DNA from: Desulfuromonadales bacterium
GTDB taxonomy: Bacteria > Desulfobacterota > Desulfuromonadia > Desulfuromonadales > SZUA-540
Assembly: GCA_033549025.1 (NCBI GenBank)
Contig: JAWSUS010000010.1
Location: forward strand, 1 to 64,000
DNA length: 64,000 bases
Direction of reading: 5' to 3'
Under the pieces are notes generated by a model. It did no database searches, was not told where the DNA came from, and worked only from the letters and a program-made list of their open reading frames with translations. A program made the translations under genes and the position numbers. Position 1 is the first letter of the stretch, and each line of letters opens with the position of its first letter. Below are positions 1 through 10,268 of this stretch, one piece after another.

Positions 1-77
1 AGTGGCGGCATAACCAATGAAGGTGAAATCCACTTAGAGAACCGGTCACATCTGTTCAAACAACCGGGGCCACCTCT
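1..77 (+). mobile_element. Right end of a probable IS3-family insertion sequence (last transposase codons ...VAA* plus terminal repeat)
   Basis: GTG GCG GCA TAA at 2-13, then CCACTTA...CTGTTCAAACAACCGGGGCCACCTCT ending at 77. This resembles IS3-family right ends as I recall them. Fic-like similarity of the neighbouring ORF stops at this junction. Confidence 0.6.
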
Positions 78-860
78 CCACATCAAGCGCATGCGCAGAA
101 CATAAGGAGACTGTCGCCTTGAAAATTCCAGTTTTGGAGGCTCGACTGTGAAGGGGTTTTTTTCATTGACAACATAACCGGCAACTCGCATCGTTGCCAA
201 AATTTCATCGGCGATCTTACGACGACCAACTGCTCTAAAGGCTCCAGCTAGCCTACCAGCAATACTGCTGTGGCCTCCCTCAAGCAAAAGGTGGTTAATT
301 TCGGATGCATCGGAAAGTTGATGCAGCGCTATTTGCGCGTCTCGGCCATAACTTGAAAAAAAAGCATCGGGCACGCGGGCAAGGGCAACTGGGAGGGGAA
401 GCGCTCGTATGCCGTCGATTAATTCAATCTGTTTTCCGGTTGCTAGCTGAGCAGATTGATAGTCGAGAATTGAACATCCCTCTGGTAGGCTCAGCAGACC
501 ATTCTTGCCCTTTGGACTATAGACAACAATCTGCTTCGGGAGAACAGTAGCTCCAGCGTGTAGTAGCAATGAATATTCAGGAGATACATGCCAGTCCTCC
601 CCAAACCTTTCAGAGCAGTAGCCTCGGATAAAATCTATAATAGATGCATACCATAGGGTACTGACACCTGAATGCTCCTCAGGCCGAGAGGGCATGTACC
701 ACCCCTTAACAATCAATTGAAGGAATCCGGCCCTTACGAGAGATTCGCGTTGAATTCTAGTCAGGTCAGACGATTTTATTACTGTTTTCCCTGAATCCTG
801 TAGGCCCTTCAGTGCCGATAGGGCATCTGCTAGTTTTCGCTGAGATGGTGGTATTGACAT
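78..860 (-). pseudogene. N-terminal ~260 aa of a long Fic-family (cell filamentation) protein, interrupted by the IS
   Basis: Absent from the ORF track because the frame runs off the window. Translation: MSIPPSQRKLADALSALKGLQ...GFLQLIVKGWYMPSRP...WHVSPEYSLLLHAG...GGHSSIAGRLAGAFR...QSPYVLRMRLMW, typical of the N-terminal region of ~500-aa Fic proteins. The DNA is visibly AT-richer than its neighbours. Confidence 0.75.
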
Positions 861-896
861 AACTATTCCCGCTTATTTGTTCGCATCTTCACTGGC

Positions 897-959
897 ATCT
901 AGATTATCGTGTCTTACGATATCTAGATTATTGTGCATTGTCAATGCTAGACTATTCTG
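897..959 (-). promoter_or_regulatory. Sigma70-like promoter of the fic gene, overlapped by three direct repeats spaced 24 bp apart
   Basis: Minus strand TTGACA (944-939), 17-bp spacer, TATCGT (921-916). Plus-strand repeats CTAGA(T/C)TAT(C/T)(G/C)TG start at 899, 923 and 947. Confidence 0.55.
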
Positions 960-965
960 CTTTGT

Positions 966-1033
966 GCAGACTCAAAACGGGGACAGGCTGCTTTTCCCTG
1001 AAAAAAACTAGCCTGTCCCCGTTTTGAGTCTGC
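966..1033. repeat. Perfect 24-bp inverted repeat (REP/REPIN-like palindrome)
   Basis: GCAGACTCAAAACGGGGACAGGCT (966-989), 20-nt spacer, AGCCTGTCCCCGTTTTGAGTCTGC (1010-1033). Confidence 0.85.
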
Positions 1034-1103
1034 CGCAGGGGGCTACCCCTTGGTTGTCCAATCGTGCTAAAGTCTGGCTTTACCCAAGAAAAGAGAGGTC
1101 TTT

Positions 1104-1826
1104 ATGTCCAACACTCTTGCTCTTGAAGCTGACCTACATGTGCACACGGTGGCTTCGGGCCATGCCTTCAGTACGATCGGCGAGATTACCCTGGCTGCTG
1201 CTGCCAAGGGGCTCAAAGCCGTGGGGATGACGGATCATGGGCCGGCTTTGCCGGGAGGCCCGCATCCCTATCACTTTGCCGCTTTGCGCTTTATCCCTGA
1301 ATATCTTAACGATGTCCGCGTATTGCGAGGTGTCGAGGCCAATATCCTTGGCAAGAACAAGCTTGACCTACCCGACCCTCTGCTGGATCGTCTGGATCTG
1401 GTGCTGGCCGGTTTTCACGAGGGTTGTGGTTTCGACAACAAGGGGGTTAAGGCCAATACCCGTGCAGTCCTCGCCCTCATGGAGAATCCACGGGTCAACC
1501 TCATCTGCCATCCCGGCAATCCGAACTTTCCCCTCGACTACGCCGAGGTCGTGCGTCAGGCTGCCGCCACCCGTACAGCCCTGGAGATCAACAACGCCTC
1601 TTTCATTATCAGCCGTCGCGGTAGCGTCGGCAACTGTCGCACCATTGCCCGTCTCTGTGCCGAACACGGTGCGCCGGTGGCTGTCGGCAGCGACTCGCAC
1701 ATCGCCCAAGGGGTCGGTGAGTTCACCGAAGCGCTCGCCGTTCTGGAGGAAGAGGGCGTCCGTGTGGAACAGATCGTCAACCGCACCCTGGTCTCGACCC
1801 TGTCTTTTCTTGGGCTTGAGGCTTAA
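1104..1826 (+). CDS. PHP-domain phosphatase (YcdX-like)
   Basis: Motifs DLHVHT, TDHG, GVEAN, HPGN, EINN and GSDSH. Confidence 0.9.
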   Translation: MSNTLALEADLHVHTVASGHAFSTIGEITLAAAAKGLKAVGMTDHGPALPGGPHPYHFAALRFIPEYLNDVRVLRGVEANILGKNKLDLPDPLLDRLDLVLAGFHEGCGFDNKGVKANTRAVLALMENPRVNLICHPGNPNFPLDYAEVVRQAAATRTALEINNASFIISRRGSVGNCRTIARLCAEHGAPVAVGSDSHIAQGVGEFTEALAVLEEEGVRVEQIVNRTLVSTLSFLGLEA

Positions 1827-2108
1827 AACCCTTCCTCTTTCTTCTCCGGCTTCCGTAGAAAACTGGCTACTGGCGCAGTCGGGTAAAATCTCGTGGTAAC
1901 ACGGTGTGCGGAGACAGATTAAAACTTGTAGCTCAGAGCGAAATAGCCACGGAAAACCTCGCTACCATCGTTTTCATATATCTATCTCTGATTACCTGCA
2001 AAGGTCTCATAAGTCACCGAAGTAGTGGTATAAAAGCGACATCTGAAAGCGTAGGTGCCGCCCGCGGTAAACTCATGCTGGGTGATTCCCGGTCGGAACA
2101 GGATTCTG

Positions 2109-2789
2109 ATGGGATTTGACAAGATGGACGATGCTTTGCCTCTCGACCGACTTTTTCAGCGACTCTCCCTCCACTACGGCCCTCTGCACTGGTGGCCAGC
2201 GGATACTCCTTTCGAGGTGGCCGTCGGGGCCATTCTGACGCAGAACACCACCTGGACGCAGGTGGAAAAGGCCATCGACAACCTGCGACAGGCCGACCTG
2301 CTTTCCCCCGCCGCCCTGCGCCGGGTGGCGCTTTCGGATCTCGAATTGATGGTGCGCCCCGCCGGATTTTTCCGCCAGAAAGCGCATCGCCTCAAGCTGC
2401 TGGTGGAGCATCTCTTTGCCCATCATGACGGCCGTCTGGAGACTCTGCTGGCAGGACCGACGGACCAGGTGCGTCGCGAATTGCTCTCTCTCAAGGGGGT
2501 GGGACCGGAAACGGCCGATTCGATTCTGCTCTACGCCGGCGGCCATCCTGTCTTTGTGGTCGATGCCTATACTCACCGCCTGTGCAGCCGGCTGGGTCTT
2601 TATGCCGGCCGCGTCGACTACCAGGCCCTGCAGTCTCTCTTCATGGGTCATCTCCCTGCCGATGCCGCGCTTTTCAACGCCTACCATGCCCTCATTGTGC
2701 AGGTATGCAAGGACGTCTGCCGCAAGCGCAGCCCGCGCTGCCCGGCCTGTCCTCTTGCCGCCGATTGTCCCAGCGCCGGTTCTCTCTAA
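2109..2789 (+). CDS. Endonuclease III-related HhH-GPD DNA glycosylase with C-terminal [4Fe-4S] motif
   Basis: WWPADTPFEV, AILTQNT, HhH LKGVGPETADSILLY, VVDAY, CRKRSPRCPACPLAADC. Start is 2109 or 2124. Confidence 0.88.
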   Translation: MGFDKMDDALPLDRLFQRLSLHYGPLHWWPADTPFEVAVGAILTQNTTWTQVEKAIDNLRQADLLSPAALRRVALSDLELMVRPAGFFRQKAHRLKLLVEHLFAHHDGRLETLLAGPTDQVRRELLSLKGVGPETADSILLYAGGHPVFVVDAYTHRLCSRLGLYAGRVDYQALQSLFMGHLPADAALFNAYHALIVQVCKDVCRKRSPRCPACPLAADCPSAGSL

Positions 2790-2997
2790 TCACGTTCTTA
2801 CTTCCTATTCTTGAGGCATGATTTATTTGTGCCAGAAGCGGCCCAGGAGTGTGCGCACTTCTGTCTCACCTGGGGTCGATTGGGTCATTTTTACTCACCT
2901 TTTCTTTAGGGAGACGCCGTAGGCGTTCAGGGAGCCATGGCTGGCAACTATCCGAAATACAATTAATTTCCAGAAATTTAAACATGATGATCTGGTC

Positions 2998-3013
2998 TGG
3001 CAATCTCTTTGCA
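2998..3013 (+). promoter_or_regulatory. Sigma54 (-24/-12) promoter
   Basis: TGGCAATCTCTTTGCA fits GG-N10-GC. Candidate enhancer sites TGCGCACTTCTGTCTCA (2852-2868) and TGGGTCATTTTTACTCA (2881-2897) lie upstream of an AT-rich spacer. Confidence 0.7.
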
Positions 3014-3085
3014 ATGCGTATACGACGTTGGCTGAAACAGTTTAGTCAAGAATACTAAAACGCAAGTGCATAAGGAGTGTCGATT

Positions 3086-3268
3086 ATGGGCAAGTCAGTA
3101 GCGAATCCGAAAAAAAACATTGTCTCCTGCCGGGTGAACGACCGGGAGATGCAGACCCTGCAGGTCATCGCCGAGAAGTCGGGCGTGAGCATTTCCATGC
3201 TGCTGCGCCAAAGCCTCGATCTGCTGCAGCAGAATCCCCATATGGGCGGGCGTCGGGCCGGGGTTTAA
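3086..3268 (+). CDS. Small ribbon-helix-helix transcriptional regulator (HgtR/CopG-like)
   Basis: MGKSVANPKKNIVSCRVNDREMQTLQVIAEKSGVSISMLLRQSL shows a strand-helix-helix pattern. RBS AAGGAG. Confidence 0.75.
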   Translation: MGKSVANPKKNIVSCRVNDREMQTLQVIAEKSGVSISMLLRQSLDLLQQNPHMGGRRAGV

Positions 3269-3447
3269 TTGTACCCCGGTTTCGCGGAGCCGGTCCGGGA
3301 CCAGGGGAAGGGGCTTTGGCCCCTTTCCCCCCGCTTCGGGAACCGTCCAAAGCCGCAATAAACCCGGTTTTCCCTTGACTTATCTGGCTGTTTTGCTAAG
3401 TTACCTGCTTCGATTTTTATCCCCAAGGCCAGTTCGGGAGGACCCTC

Positions 3448-6228
3448 ATGGATTACAAAGATACCCTCAATCTGCCCGTCACCGAATTCCCCATGCGGGG
3501 CAACCTGCCCCAGCGGGAGCCGGAAATCCTCAAAACCTGGGAAGAAACAGGGCTTTACCGCAAGATGGAAGAGGCGGGCAAGAATCGCCCCAACTTCACT
3601 CTGCATGATGGTCCCCCCTACGCCAACGGCCACACCCACATCGGCCACGCCCTCAACAAAATCCTCAAGGACATCGTGATCAAGAGCCGCCGCATGCAGG
3701 GCTTTTATGCCCCCTACGTGCCGGGTTGGGACTGCCACGGTCTGCCCATCGAACTGATGGTGGATAAGAAGCTGGGGTCCAAAAAGAAGGAGATGACCAA
3801 GGCGCAGATCCGCCGGGAATGCCGCGCCTATGCCGCCGAGTGGGTCGATATTCAGAGCCGCGAGTTCCAGCGTCTCGGCGTGCTGGGGGAGTGGGAGCGT
3901 CCCTATCTGACCATGAATCCCGCCTACGAGGCGGCGACAGCCCGAGAGCTGGCCCGTTTCGCCGAGCGGGGCGGCCTTTATAAGGGCAAGAAGCCCGTGC
4001 ACTGGTGCTCTTCCTGCGTGACCGCTCTGGCAGAAGCCGAGGTTGAATACGCCGACCACGAGTCGCCTTCCATCTACGTCAAATTTCCCTATACGGACGA
4101 ACTGCCCGTCGAACTGGCGCCGCTGGCGGGCAAAAAGCTCTCCTTCGTCATCTGGACCACCACCCCCTGGACCATTCCGGCCAACCTCGGTGTCTGCCTG
4201 AACCCCGACTATACCTATGTCGCGGTAGAGGTCGGTGACGATGTGCTGGTGTTGGCCGAAGGGCTCTACGAAAAAGTGCTGCGTGAGATCGGCGTGGAAG
4301 AATACCGGGTGCTGGCCACCTTCGCCGCCCCCATATTCGACAAGAAGAACTGCCGCCATCCTTTTTATGAGCGCGATTCCCTCATCATGCTGGGTGAGCA
4401 TGTCACCCTCGAAGCCGGTACGGGTTGCGTCCATACGGCGCCCGGCCATGGCCAGGACGACTACATCATCGGTCTGCAGTACGGGCTTGAGGTCTACAAT
4501 CCCGTCGACGACTACGGCCGTTATCGCGAGGACCTGGAGTTTTTCGGCGGCATGAAGCTGGCCGACGCCAACGCCGCCGTCAACGGCAAGCTGACCGAAG
4601 TCGGGGCCCTGCTCAAGCTGGGGAAGGTCTCGCACAGCTACCCGCACTGCTGGCGCTGCAAGAAACCCATTATCTTCCGGGCCACCGAGCAGTGGTTCAT
4701 CTCCATGGAGTCGAACGACCTGCGGCAGAAGGCTCTCCAGCACATTAACGACGTCAGCTGGATTCCCCGCTGGGGACGCGAGCGCATCTACGGCATGATT
4801 GAGAATCGTCCCGACTGGTGTGTCAGTCGGCAGCGGACCTGGGGTGTGCCCATCACCGTCTTCTACTGTGAGAAGTGCGGCGAGGCCCTGGCCGACGGCA
4901 AGACCATGCACCACGTGGCCGATCAGTTCACCGCCGAGGGCAGTGACGTCTGGTACGAAAAAGAGGCAGCCGAGCTGCTGCCGGCGGGCACGACCTGCGC
5001 CGCCTGCGGTCACGGCAGCTTTACCAAGGAAATGGACATCCTCGATGTCTGGTTCGATTCGGGGGTTTCCCACGCCGCCGTGCTGGAAAACCGCGACTAT
5101 CTCCAGTCTCCCGCCGATCTTTACCTGGAGGGCAGCGACCAGCACCGCGGCTGGTTCCATTCGAGCCTGCTGGCCGCGGTGGGAACGCGCGGTATTGCTC
5201 CCTACAAGGCGGTGCTGACCCACGGTTTCGTGGTCGACGGGGCCGGCAAGAAGATGTCCAAAAGCCAGGGCAACGTGGTCGCGCCCGAGGAGGTCATCAA
5301 AAAATTCGGCGCCGAGATTCTGCGCCTGTGGGTCGCGGCCCAGGACTATCGGGACGATATCCGCATCAGCCAGGAAATCCTGCAGCGCCTCTCCGACGCC
5401 TATCGGCGCATCCGCAACACGGCGCGCTACATCCTCGGCAATCTGGCCGGTTTCGATCCGGCCGCGGACCGGGTGGCTCCGGCCGAAATGCTCGAGCTTG
5501 ACCGCTGGGCCCTGTCGCGCCTGGAAGGACTGGTCGGCCGCGTCGAACGCTCTTACGAAGACTACGAGTTTCATGTGCTCTATCACGCCGTGCACAATTT
5601 CTGCAGCGTTGACATGAGCGCCTTCTACCTGGATGTGCTCAAAGACCGCCTCTACACGGCGCCGCCGAAATCCGTGCAGCGGCGTAGCGCCCAGACAGCC
5701 ATGTACGTCATCCTCGACGCCCTGACCCGTCTCATCGCCCCGGTCCTGTCCTTTACCGCCGAAGAGATCTGGCAGCATCTGCCGGGTGAGCGGGAGGAGA
5801 GCGTCCATCTGGCCCAGTTCCCCCGTTTCGAGACGAGCCTGCTCGACGCCGACCTCGAGGCCCGCTACGAGAAGATCCTGGCGCTGCGTTCCGATGTTTC
5901 CAAGGCTCTCGAGCTGGCGCGCACCGAAAAGCGCATCGGCCACTCCCTCGATGCCCGGGTGATCCTGGCGGCCCCGGCCGGAGAATGGCAGCAGTTGCTT
6001 GAACGCTACCGGGATGAACTCGCTACCTTGTTTATTGTCTCCCAGGCCGAACTGGTGGATTCGCTTTCTGACGGGGTGGCCGGTGAAGAAGTGGAAGGTC
6101 TGCGCATCCGGGTGGAAAAGGCCCAGGGCGACAAGTGTGAGCGCTGCTGGAACTACGCCGTCTCCGTCGGCAGCCACGAGGATCATCCCGTACTCTGTGA
6201 TCGCTGCCACACGGCGCTGGGGGCATAG
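3448..6228 (+). CDS. ileS: Isoleucine--tRNA ligase (type 1)
   Basis: [35 protein letters not shown], and C-terminal Zn finger KCERCW...CDRC. Confidence 0.98.
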   Translation: MDYKDTLNLPVTEFPMRGNLPQREPEILKTWEETGLYRKMEEAGKNRPNFTLHDGPPYANGHTHIGHALNKILKDIVIKSRRMQGFYAPYVPGWDCHGLPIELMVDKKLGSKKKEMTKAQIRRECRAYAAEWVDIQSREFQRLGVLGEWERPYLTMNPAYEAATARELARFAERGGLYKGKKPVHWCSSCVTALAEAEVEYADHESPSIYVKFPYTDELPVELAPLAGKKLSFVIWTTTPWTIPANLGVCLNPDYTYVAVEVGDDVLVLAEGLYEKVLREIGVEEYRVLATFAAPIFDKKNCRHPFYERDSLIMLGEHVTLEAGTGCVHTAPGHGQDDYIIGLQYGLEVYNPVDDYGRYREDLEFFGGMKLADANAAVNGKLTEVGALLKLGKVSHSYPHCWRCKKPIIFRATEQWFISMESNDLRQKALQHINDVSWIPRWGRERIYGMIENRPDWCVSRQRTWGVPITVFYCEKCGEALADGKTMHHVADQFTAEGSDVWYEKEAAELLPAGTTCAACGHGSFTKEMDILDVWFDSGVSHAAVLENRDYLQSPADLYLEGSDQHRGWFHSSLLAAVGTRGIAPYKAVLTHGFVVDGAGKKMSKSQGNVVAPEEVIKKFGAEILRLWVAAQDYRDDIRISQEILQRLSDAYRRIRNTARYILGNLAGFDPAADRVAPAEMLELDRWALSRLEGLVGRVERSYEDYEFHVLYHAVHNFCSVDMSAFYLDVLKDRLYTAPPKSVQRRSAQTAMYVILDALTRLIAPVLSFTAEEIWQHLPGEREESVHLAQFPRFETSLLDADLEARYEKILALRSDVSKALELARTEKRIGHSLDARVILAAPAGEWQQLLERYRDELATLFIVSQAELVDSLSDGVAGEEVEGLRIRVEKAQGDKCERCWNYAVSVGSHEDHPVLCDRCHTALGA

Positions 6229-6235
6229 GCGACTC

Positions 6236-6721
6236 ATGCTGACTGCCCGCTATCGCCTGCTGCTGGCTATCTCCACGGTCATCCTGCTGCTGGATCAGGC
6301 GACCAAGATTTTCATCGACAAGCGCTTTGCGCTTTACCAGTCGCTGACCGTGGTGGAGAACTTTTTCAATATCACCTATGTGCGCAACAAGGGGGCGGCT
6401 TTCGGCATCCTGGCTGACAGCGCCATCCGCATCCCCTTCTTCATCAGTGTATCGGTCCTGGCCTCGGTGGGCATCCTCTGGTACCTGAGCCGGGTGCATG
6501 AAGAGCAACGCCTGCTGCAGACTGCCCTTTCCCTCGTCTTCGCCGGTGCCGTCGGCAACCTGATCGACCGCATCCGTTTGGGGGAGGTCATCGACTTTCT
6601 CGATGTCCACTGGTATCAGTATCACTGGCCAGCCTTCAACGTGGCCGACTCGGCCATCACCGTCGGTGTGGGTCTGCTGCTTTGGGATCTGTGGAAAGAG
6701 GAACGGGCCCGGAAACGGTGA
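6236..6721 (+). CDS. lspA: Lipoprotein signal peptidase II
   Basis: DQATK, NKGAAF, GNLIDR, VIDF, WPAFNVADS. Conserved position after ileS. Confidence 0.97.
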   Translation: MLTARYRLLLAISTVILLLDQATKIFIDKRFALYQSLTVVENFFNITYVRNKGAAFGILADSAIRIPFFISVSVLASVGILWYLSRVHEEQRLLQTALSLVFAGAVGNLIDRIRLGEVIDFLDVHWYQYHWPAFNVADSAITVGVGLLLWDLWKEERARKR

Positions 6722-6743
6722 AGCCCGCCTAAGTCTGGATGTT

Positions 6744-6773
6744 AAAAACCGGCCCTTCGAGGCCGGTTTTTTT
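6744..6773. terminator. Bidirectional intrinsic terminator
   Basis: AAAAACCGGCC-CTTCGA-GGCCGGTTTTTTT between convergent genes. Confidence 0.85.
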
Positions 6774-6775
6774 AT

Positions 6776-7720
6776 TTAGAGCCCGAGTTTGGCGTAGTCA
6801 GGTGGCTTCAGGCCGGCGCCGGACAGCAGCGCACTGAAGTCGGCGGGCAAAGGGGCCTGCAGGGTGAGGGGACGATCGGTGCGGGGATGGGTGACGACCA
6901 GCACCGCCGCATGCAGCATGTGGCGGGAGCAGGCGACGGGACCCTCTGGGGTCTCCAGATGGGTCGGTCCCCCATAGAGCGTGTCGCCCAGCAGGGGATG
7001 GCCGCTGCCGGCCAGATGGGCGCGAATCTGGTGCGTGCGTCCAGTGTGCGGGCGGGCCGCCACCAGGGCGATGTCGTTGTGGCAGGAAAGCGGGTTGACG
7101 GAGGTCCAGGCAGGCTGTCCGCCGCTGAGGACCTTTACCGTTTTGCCTCGAACGTTGGGACGAAGATGGTCGCGCACCTCAAAAGGTTTGGCCGGACAGC
7201 CCTGTACGAGGGCCAGATAGGTCTTCTCGACGCGGCGTTCGGAAAACTGCCGGCAGAGCGAGCGGTTGCTGGCCCGATTGAGGGCGAAGAGAAGGACCCC
7301 GGTGGTGTCGGCGTCAAGGCGATGCAGCAGGATGGGATCATGGTCGCTGCCGATCAGCTGTCGCACCAGATCGAGAGCGTTGACGGCCCCGGCGACATTG
7401 GCGTGGACGGGCAGGCCAGGGGGCTTGGCCACGGCCAGCACATCGTCGTCCTGATAAATAATGGGCAGGGAGAATTCCCTGGTGGCGGGCGAAGGGGTCT
7501 CCACGGTCAGGTCAATGCGTTCCCCCCCCTGCAAGGGGCGGCCGGCCCGCTTTTCGACAGAATCATTGAGGAAGACGGCGCCGCGGTCGAGGGCCCGCTT
7601 GATCTGTTTGCGGGATACTCCCGGCAGGGCATCGGTCAAAAACCGATCCAGGCGCTGCCCCTGGCAGGAGTTGGCCACAGCCAGGCGGTGCCGGTGCTTG
7701 GTGGATTCTTGATTTTTCAT
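6776..7720 (-). CDS. RluA-family pseudouridine synthase with S4 domain
   Basis: RLDRFL...SRKQIK (S4 domain), KPPGL, HRLDADTTG, TGRTHQIR, GDTLYG. Confidence 0.93.
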   Translation of the reverse strand: MKNQESTKHRHRLAVANSCQGQRLDRFLTDALPGVSRKQIKRALDRGAVFLNDSVEKRAGRPLQGGERIDLTVETPSPATREFSLPIIYQDDDVLAVAKPPGLPVHANVAGAVNALDLVRQLIGSDHDPILLHRLDADTTGVLLFALNRASNRSLCRQFSERRVEKTYLALVQGCPAKPFEVRDHLRPNVRGKTVKVLSGGQPAWTSVNPLSCHNDIALVAARPHTGRTHQIRAHLAGSGHPLLGDTLYGGPTHLETPEGPVACSRHMLHAAVLVVTHPRTDRPLTLQAPLPADFSALLSGAGLKPPDYAKLGL

Positions 7721-7744
7721 AAACGAGGAAAGAGCCCCTGGGAC

Positions 7745-8218
7745 TTACTGCGCTGGCGCCCGCAGTGAAATTTCGCCTTTTTCCTGCACCTGAAGCCGCG
7801 GGCGGAAACGGCCGATGTCGAGCGTGGCTTCAAGCTCATAGGCGAAAGTGTCCTGCGGCTGCTGCATCAGAGACGCGAACAGGTTGATACTGCTGAGCAG
7901 ATCGGCGGAGGCATTCAAGGTGACATCCCCCTCGCCGTAGGGCCCGATCTCCGGCAGGTCGTTGGCCACCCCCATGAGAACCCGCTGTCCCTCCAGCTTT
8001 ACCGTATAGACGATGCCCTCCAACTTCAGGGGCGCGCGATTGGGATTGACGATATGCAGGCCGATTTCAAACTGGGGGGCCACGCCGGGTGAGGGGAGTA
8101 CGCGGAAGGAGCGGATCCCCACCGTGGGCGATTCGAAGTCGGGATCCAGCACGGTGGCGCAGCCGCCCAGGTAAAAGGCGGCGCCGAGGCAAAGCATTAT
8201 TTTAACCAGCTTGTTCAT
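7745..8218 (-). CDS. LEA type 2 (WHy) family lipoprotein
   Basis: Start MNKLVK, lipobox LGGC, motif IVNPN. Confidence 0.8.
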   Translation of the reverse strand: MNKLVKIMLCLGAAFYLGGCATVLDPDFESPTVGIRSFRVLPSPGVAPQFEIGLHIVNPNRAPLKLEGIVYTVKLEGQRVLMGVANDLPEIGPYGEGDVTLNASADLLSSINLFASLMQQPQDTFAYELEATLDIGRFRPRLQVQEKGEISLRAPAQ

Positions 8219-10268
8219 GGCAGAAAGTCTCCTTTTCATGCAGGGGGAGGGAAAAGGACACGGTGGTGCCCTGGCCGGGGGTGCTTTGTACCTCCATGCG
8301 GCCGCCGTGCGCTTCGACGATCCCCTTGGCGATGCCCATCCCCAGCCCCATGCCGGGTACGGCGGTGTCCGAGCTGTCGGCCCGATAGAACTTATCGAAG
8401 ATGCGCAGAAGGTCTTTCGGCGCGATGCCGATGCCCTCATCTTTCACGCTAATGGTGACCTCCTGTTCGGTGAAGCGGCCGCTGACCCGGATGGGTCGGT
8501 CGGGAGGTGAGAATTTCACCGCGTTGCTCAGCAGGTTTTCCATGACCTGCTCAATTTTGTAGGGATCAAACGGGATTTTTTCCGGGCCCTGATCGGGCCA
8601 ATCCAGCTCGATGCGCCGCTGGCGGAACTCTCTCTGGTAGGCATGGACGGAGGAGGCTATCTGAGCCCGCAAATCGCAAGGTTTCTTTTCAATGTGAATC
8701 ATCCTTCCCGATTCAACCCGGCTGATATCGAGCAGGTCGTCGATAATGTGCTCCAATACCTCCGACTTTTCATAAATGATGCCCAGGAATTCATCGCGCT
8801 GAGCCTCATCAAAGCTCTTCTCTTCCAAGAGCAGTTCCGCAAATCCTTTGACCGAAGCCAGCGGCGTGCGCAGTTCATGGGCGGCCGTGCTGATGAATTC
8901 GCTCTTCAGGCGATCAATCTCCCGCTCGCGGGTAATATCGTTAAAGACGACGATCTCTTTGTCTTCGATGGCGGCATAGCGGGCCAAAACCTCGCAGACA
9001 GAGCCGTTTTTACAGGTGATGGCCAGCGCCTGGGTTTCGACGGGCTCGCCGTCCCTTCGGGCCTGCACAATGGCTTTTTCGAAATTTTTTTCGATCCTGG
9101 CTCTATAGGCGGCGTCGGGGAAAGCCCTGAGGCGCCAGGCGTCCAAGGTGGGGCATTCGGTGAGCGTATAGCCGAAAAGATCGGAAAAGGCCCGGTTGGC
9201 ATAGGTGATATCCCGGTGTCGTTCCAGAATGAGCAAGGGGATGGGGGCCAGCTCAACCAGCAACTGCAGGTACTGCTCCTTGGACCGCAGGGTCGCTTCG
9301 GCGCGGCGCAATTCAGTAACATCGTGGCCAATGCAGTGCAGCCCGGCGTAGTCGAGGTCGGAATCGTACAGTGGGGTATTTTTCCACTGGATGCGCACCA
9401 AACGGCCGTCCTTGCAGCGGTTCTCATTTTCGTTCTCGAGAAAAGGCTCCGGTACCTGCAGAGCCGTTTTTACCATTTTCCCCAGATCGTGCCCGGCCTG
9501 GTCGAATTCGGGGACGATGGTTCCCACCACGGCTTGTCCTACCAGCTCCTGGTGGGTGTAGCCGAAAAATTTCTGCCCGTACTCATTGATGAAGGTCACT
9601 TTCCCTTCGCGATCCATCCGCAGAATGATGACCCTGGACTGCTGGACCAGCTCGCGGTAGTTGCGTTCGCTGGCATCCAGGGCCAGCTTGCGGCGAATGT
9701 GCTCTTCCTGGCTGGCCAGCAGCTTGCCCAACAAAATAGTGATAATGGGATAGAGAACCAGGGTGGGGACGGTGACGTTTCGCAGGACGGGCAGGGCGAT
9801 CTCGGCGGGCAGGGTGAACATGAGCAGGAGTACGACGGACTGCACGCCGAAACCGAAAAGATACCATTCCCCTATGGAAATGCGGTAAGCGGGCTTGTGG
9901 CGCAGCCTGCCCAGAGCCACCCCGATACCGCCTGAGGCCAGGATGGCCAGAATGCCGGTCAGGGTGCCGGGACCGCCCAGATGCAGCCGGTAGAGCCAGG
10001 AGATGACGATGGCGACGGCGGTGGGGACGAGGCCAAAAAAGAGGCCGCCGACGCTGAGCAGAATGGAGCGGCTGTCGAAAATAACCCCTGGGATCAGTTG
10101 CCAGGGGTTGGCGATGAGGCTGACGCTGATCAGGCCGATGAAAACGCCGGTGAAGAGCTTTCGGCCCAGGGTGTCGGGATATTGCTGAATAGTCCCGTAG
10201 AGCGCACCCAGGGCCAAAAGGAGGATGGTGTTTTGTAGAAAGTCGATGATAATGGGCAGGCTGGGCAA
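8202..10268 (-). CDS. Sensor histidine kinase (5TM LytS-type sensor, two PAS domains, HisKA, HATPase)
   Basis: PGVIFDSRS...GLFFG, PAS motifs, AAHELRTPL, NLLSNAVKFS, DEGIG, GMGLG. Confidence 0.9.
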   Translation of the reverse strand: MPSLPIIIDFLQNTILLLALGALYGTIQQYPDTLGRKLFTGVFIGLISVSLIANPWQLIPGVIFDSRSILLSVGGLFFGLVPTAVAIVISWLYRLHLGGPGTLTGILAILASGGIGVALGRLRHKPAYRISIGEWYLFGFGVQSVVLLLMFTLPAEIALPVLRNVTVPTLVLYPIITILLGKLLASQEEHIRRKLALDASERNYRELVQQSRVIILRMDREGKVTFINEYGQKFFGYTHQELVGQAVVGTIVPEFDQAGHDLGKMVKTALQVPEPFLENENENRCKDGRLVRIQWKNTPLYDSDLDYAGLHCIGHDVTELRRAEATLRSKEQYLQLLVELAPIPLLILERHRDITYANRAFSDLFGYTLTECPTLDAWRLRAFPDAAYRARIEKNFEKAIVQARRDGEPVETQALAITCKNGSVCEVLARYAAIEDKEIVVFNDITREREIDRLKSEFISTAAHELRTPLASVKGFAELLLEEKSFDEAQRDEFLGIIYEKSEVLEHIIDDLLDISRVESGRMIHIEKKPCDLRAQIASSVHAYQREFRQRRIELDWPDQGPEKIPFDPYKIEQVMENLLSNAVKFSPPDRPIRVSGRFTEQEVTISVKDEGIGIAPKDLLRIFDKFYRADSSDTAVPGMGLGMGIAKGIVEAHGGRMEVQSTPGQGTTVSFSLPLHEKETFCHEQAG

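Noticed and set aside
305..550. 81-aa plus-strand ORF
   Set aside because: Antisense to the Fic-like frame and has no recognisable features.
3265..6237. 990-aa antisense ORF, and similar long shadows at 26358-28649, 43250-46657, 50328-52571 and 12886-14526
   Set aside because: They mirror well-supported genes on the opposite strand, lack motifs, and are expected in high-GC coding DNA.
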